Source of the DNA: Hormiphora californensis
Taxonomy: Eukaryota; Animalia; Ctenophora
NCBI GenBank assembly: GCA_020137815.1
Contig: CM035353.1
Location: 6,076,001 to 6,140,000, forward strand
Direction of reading: 5' to 3'
Length of the DNA stretch: 64,000 bases
This document shows, one piece after another, positions 61,948-64,000 of the stretch (within the stretch, counting starts at the first letter, position 1; each line of letters begins with the position of its first letter). The notes under the pieces are model-generated. The model was not told where the DNA came from. It did not search any database and worked only from the letters and a program-made list of their open reading frames with translations. The translations under genes were made by a program, and so were the position numbers.

Positions 61948-62101
61948 GTAAATCGCTTAGAATGGCCATACAAAAGATTAAGTTATACATTTCCACACTT
62001 GTTATCAATATTAATATGTACATATATGTACATATTAATATTGATAACAAGTGTGGAAATGTATAACTTAATCTTTTGTATGGCCATTCTAAGCGATTTA
62101 C
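61948..62101. repeat. Perfect 154-bp palindrome with no spacer
   Basis: Arms pair base for base around 62024/62025. Confidence 0.95.
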
Positions 62102-62193
62102 TCTTAAATTGCGGTCCTATTGGGTTATTTTACAGCTAGATTCAAGCGGTTCTTGAAGATCAGGAGATTTTCTTCTAAAACGCAATGATTGTA

Positions 62194-62365
62194 CAGTCGG
62201 ACCCCGATTTAACAGCCCCCGATTTAGCGGCACCCCGATTTAACGGCAGCATAATCTTCCCCCGATATAGAAAACTGACAGTATTTGACCCCGATTTAGC
62301 GGACACCCCGATTTAACGGACAAAACCCTTTACCCCAAGGGTGCCGTTAAATCGGGGTCCGACTG
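62194..62365. mobile_element. Tc1/mariner-pogo-type MITE
   Basis: TA|CAGTCGGACCCCGATTTAAC...GTTAAATCGGGGTCCGACTG|TA, with internal CCCCGATTTA repeats. Confidence 0.9.
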
Positions 62366-62624
62366 TACCTATAGCAAAATTTTAATATTGTGAAACTTTA
62401 ATAAACATCAGCGATCAAAATAAGAGGGCCGGCCAGCTCAATTCACCTGGCCAGCCCTCTGGTGGTATGTTGAGGCTATGGCCAGTGATACTGTGACCAG
62501 TAATGACCTTCACAAGTCAACCAAAAATTCTGCTTCACGAACCTAATCTACCAACAACTTCAAATTATTTTTACATTTATATAGTTCATCATTTCACTCA
62601 CCATCACTATTAGCATAGCACAGC

Positions 62625-63290
62625 ATGACAGATCCAGAACCTGATATTCAACCCAGTACATCTAAGTTCCGCTGTTCTCTCTACAAGATTACCTTCAACT
62701 CAAAAAGTACCTTGACCCGCCATACGAAGACTCTACATGCTGCACGAGCCAAAGTTCACAGGTGCACACAGTGCTCGTTCACTTCGGGTCGAAAAGATAC
62801 TCTCGTACGCCACAAAAAGGTTCACGGGGACAAGACCAGCGCAGTAAGTAGGCCAAGAAAGAATGAAGGAAACCATCGATGTGGTGACTGTGAAGCAGTA
62901 TTCAGCCGCCTTTGGAACCTAGAAAGACACCAGGAGGTATATAATTTTGCTAGTTCTTCAAGTGAACGTATCAGCCGAGCCTCAATGCAAGTCCGTGAAG
63001 CAGAGCCCCAGTCTAGTGCATCATCCTCTGGGCCATTATCATTTGTCCAGCCTTGTCCGCTGTTTGCAGAAGATACAATTGAATCCGATAGAGATGAAGA
63101 AATGGAAGTATCTGAGGCTGGTATCTGTTTATTGTGGTCACAACTTACATACATAACAACTAAACCTTTGTTAATAGGAAACTACAAGAATTCGGGCTAT
63201 GCCTGGAAGGTGAGGGGTGACAACCTAAAAGCTGCTTATTTTGAACAATTACGCAGTTACATCACCCCTGTACCAACTAAAGTCTTATAA
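62625..63290 (+). CDS. C2H2 zinc-finger protein (3 fingers, the first degenerate), probably spliced or partly decayed
   Basis: HRCTQCSFTSGRKDTLVRHKKVH and HRCGDCEAVFSRLWNLERHQE. Further finger fragments at ~61050-61150 and ~61320-61395. Confidence 0.6.
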   Translation: MTDPEPDIQPSTSKFRCSLYKITFNSKSTLTRHTKTLHAARAKVHRCTQCSFTSGRKDTLVRHKKVHGDKTSAVSRPRKNEGNHRCGDCEAVFSRLWNLERHQEVYNFASSSSERISRASMQVREAEPQSSASSSGPLSFVQPCPLFAEDTIESDRDEEMEVSEAGICLLWSQLTYITTKPLLIGNYKNSGYAWKVRGDNLKAAYFEQLRSYITPVPTKVL

Positions 63291-64000
63291 AAAGGGACTG
63301 GTGAAGTTTGTGGCTGGTTCTTTTCTATTTGTGCCAGGGATAAAATGCTTTGGTCAGGTCGAGGGTTTATTGAGGGATTCTGGGGGCATGACTTTTTTAA
63401 TATTTGTTGAGATTGTTGGAGAAGACAATGTGTGCCCCACTGCTTCACATGCTGCAGGACAAATAATATATTTTATACTACCCCTTTTTAAACTTGAAAA
63501 CGGTTTGTTTCATTCATTCAACTCGATAAAAAACATTTACCACAACACCACCTTTCTCTCAACACAGTACATTTCCCAGTCAGTAGGTTGAGAAATGAGA
63601 GGGGTGTTCTCATCTTTGAAAGCACAGTGCAGTTTCTCAAGCCGTACATGAGCTGACCGAGGAGTTACTGTCTGAAAACAGAGAAAAGGCTTATACACAC
63701 AGGAAGGGAAACGGAGTTGATCCGGTCAAAATTTCCGTCAAGGAAGATGGAACATACCAAAAAAGGGGTGATAGGTCACGGGGATACACCTCGAAGATCG
63801 GAAGTAAAGCCAAGTTTGACCCTGAGTGCAGCTAGCAGAGCCCGTGAAGCTGTGGAGCATCTAGAGCGTGTCCGAATGAAACGTGCTCTGACAGGGTTGT
63901 TGCACCCGTCAATCCTGGCAGTGGCATGGTGTGTGTGTGGGACTGATGTGATGAAACACGGGCTCCTTTTCCACTATACTCCCGTGAAGGGGCTACTTCT

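Overview
Eukaryotic (animal) genomic DNA with spliceosomal GT-AG introns, dominated by transposon debris. An early-branching metazoan such as a ctenophore is plausible from the style of the GPCR and the CAGTCGGACCCCGATTT MITE, but this is unverified. The left end holds two convergent host genes: the last exon of an LGR/RXFP-like GPCR (+) and a spliced ubiquitin-like-domain gene (-) that the ORF track misses. The rest is a nest of mobile DNA. It includes one apparently intact 4.0-kb piggyBac (3-exon, 703-aa DDD transposase whose intron 2 is almost pure (CACTT)n), three DINE-1/HINE-like Helentron-type elements with covarying hairpins, two large foldback elements (one with inward-facing TTAGGG repeats), and many MITEs with readable TSDs. 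Degenerate fragments of hAT, Harbinger, Mutator-like, RAG1/Transib-like, LINE RT/RNase H/SGNH and C2H2 genes are also present. A duplicated block carries two copies of a PRDM9-like PR/SET + C2H2 gene with different lesions. About 14 kb (~5.4-14.8 kb and ~41.1-46.3 kb) is homopolymer-degraded low-quality consensus, and its ORFs should be ignored. All calls are from manual reading; no database search was run.
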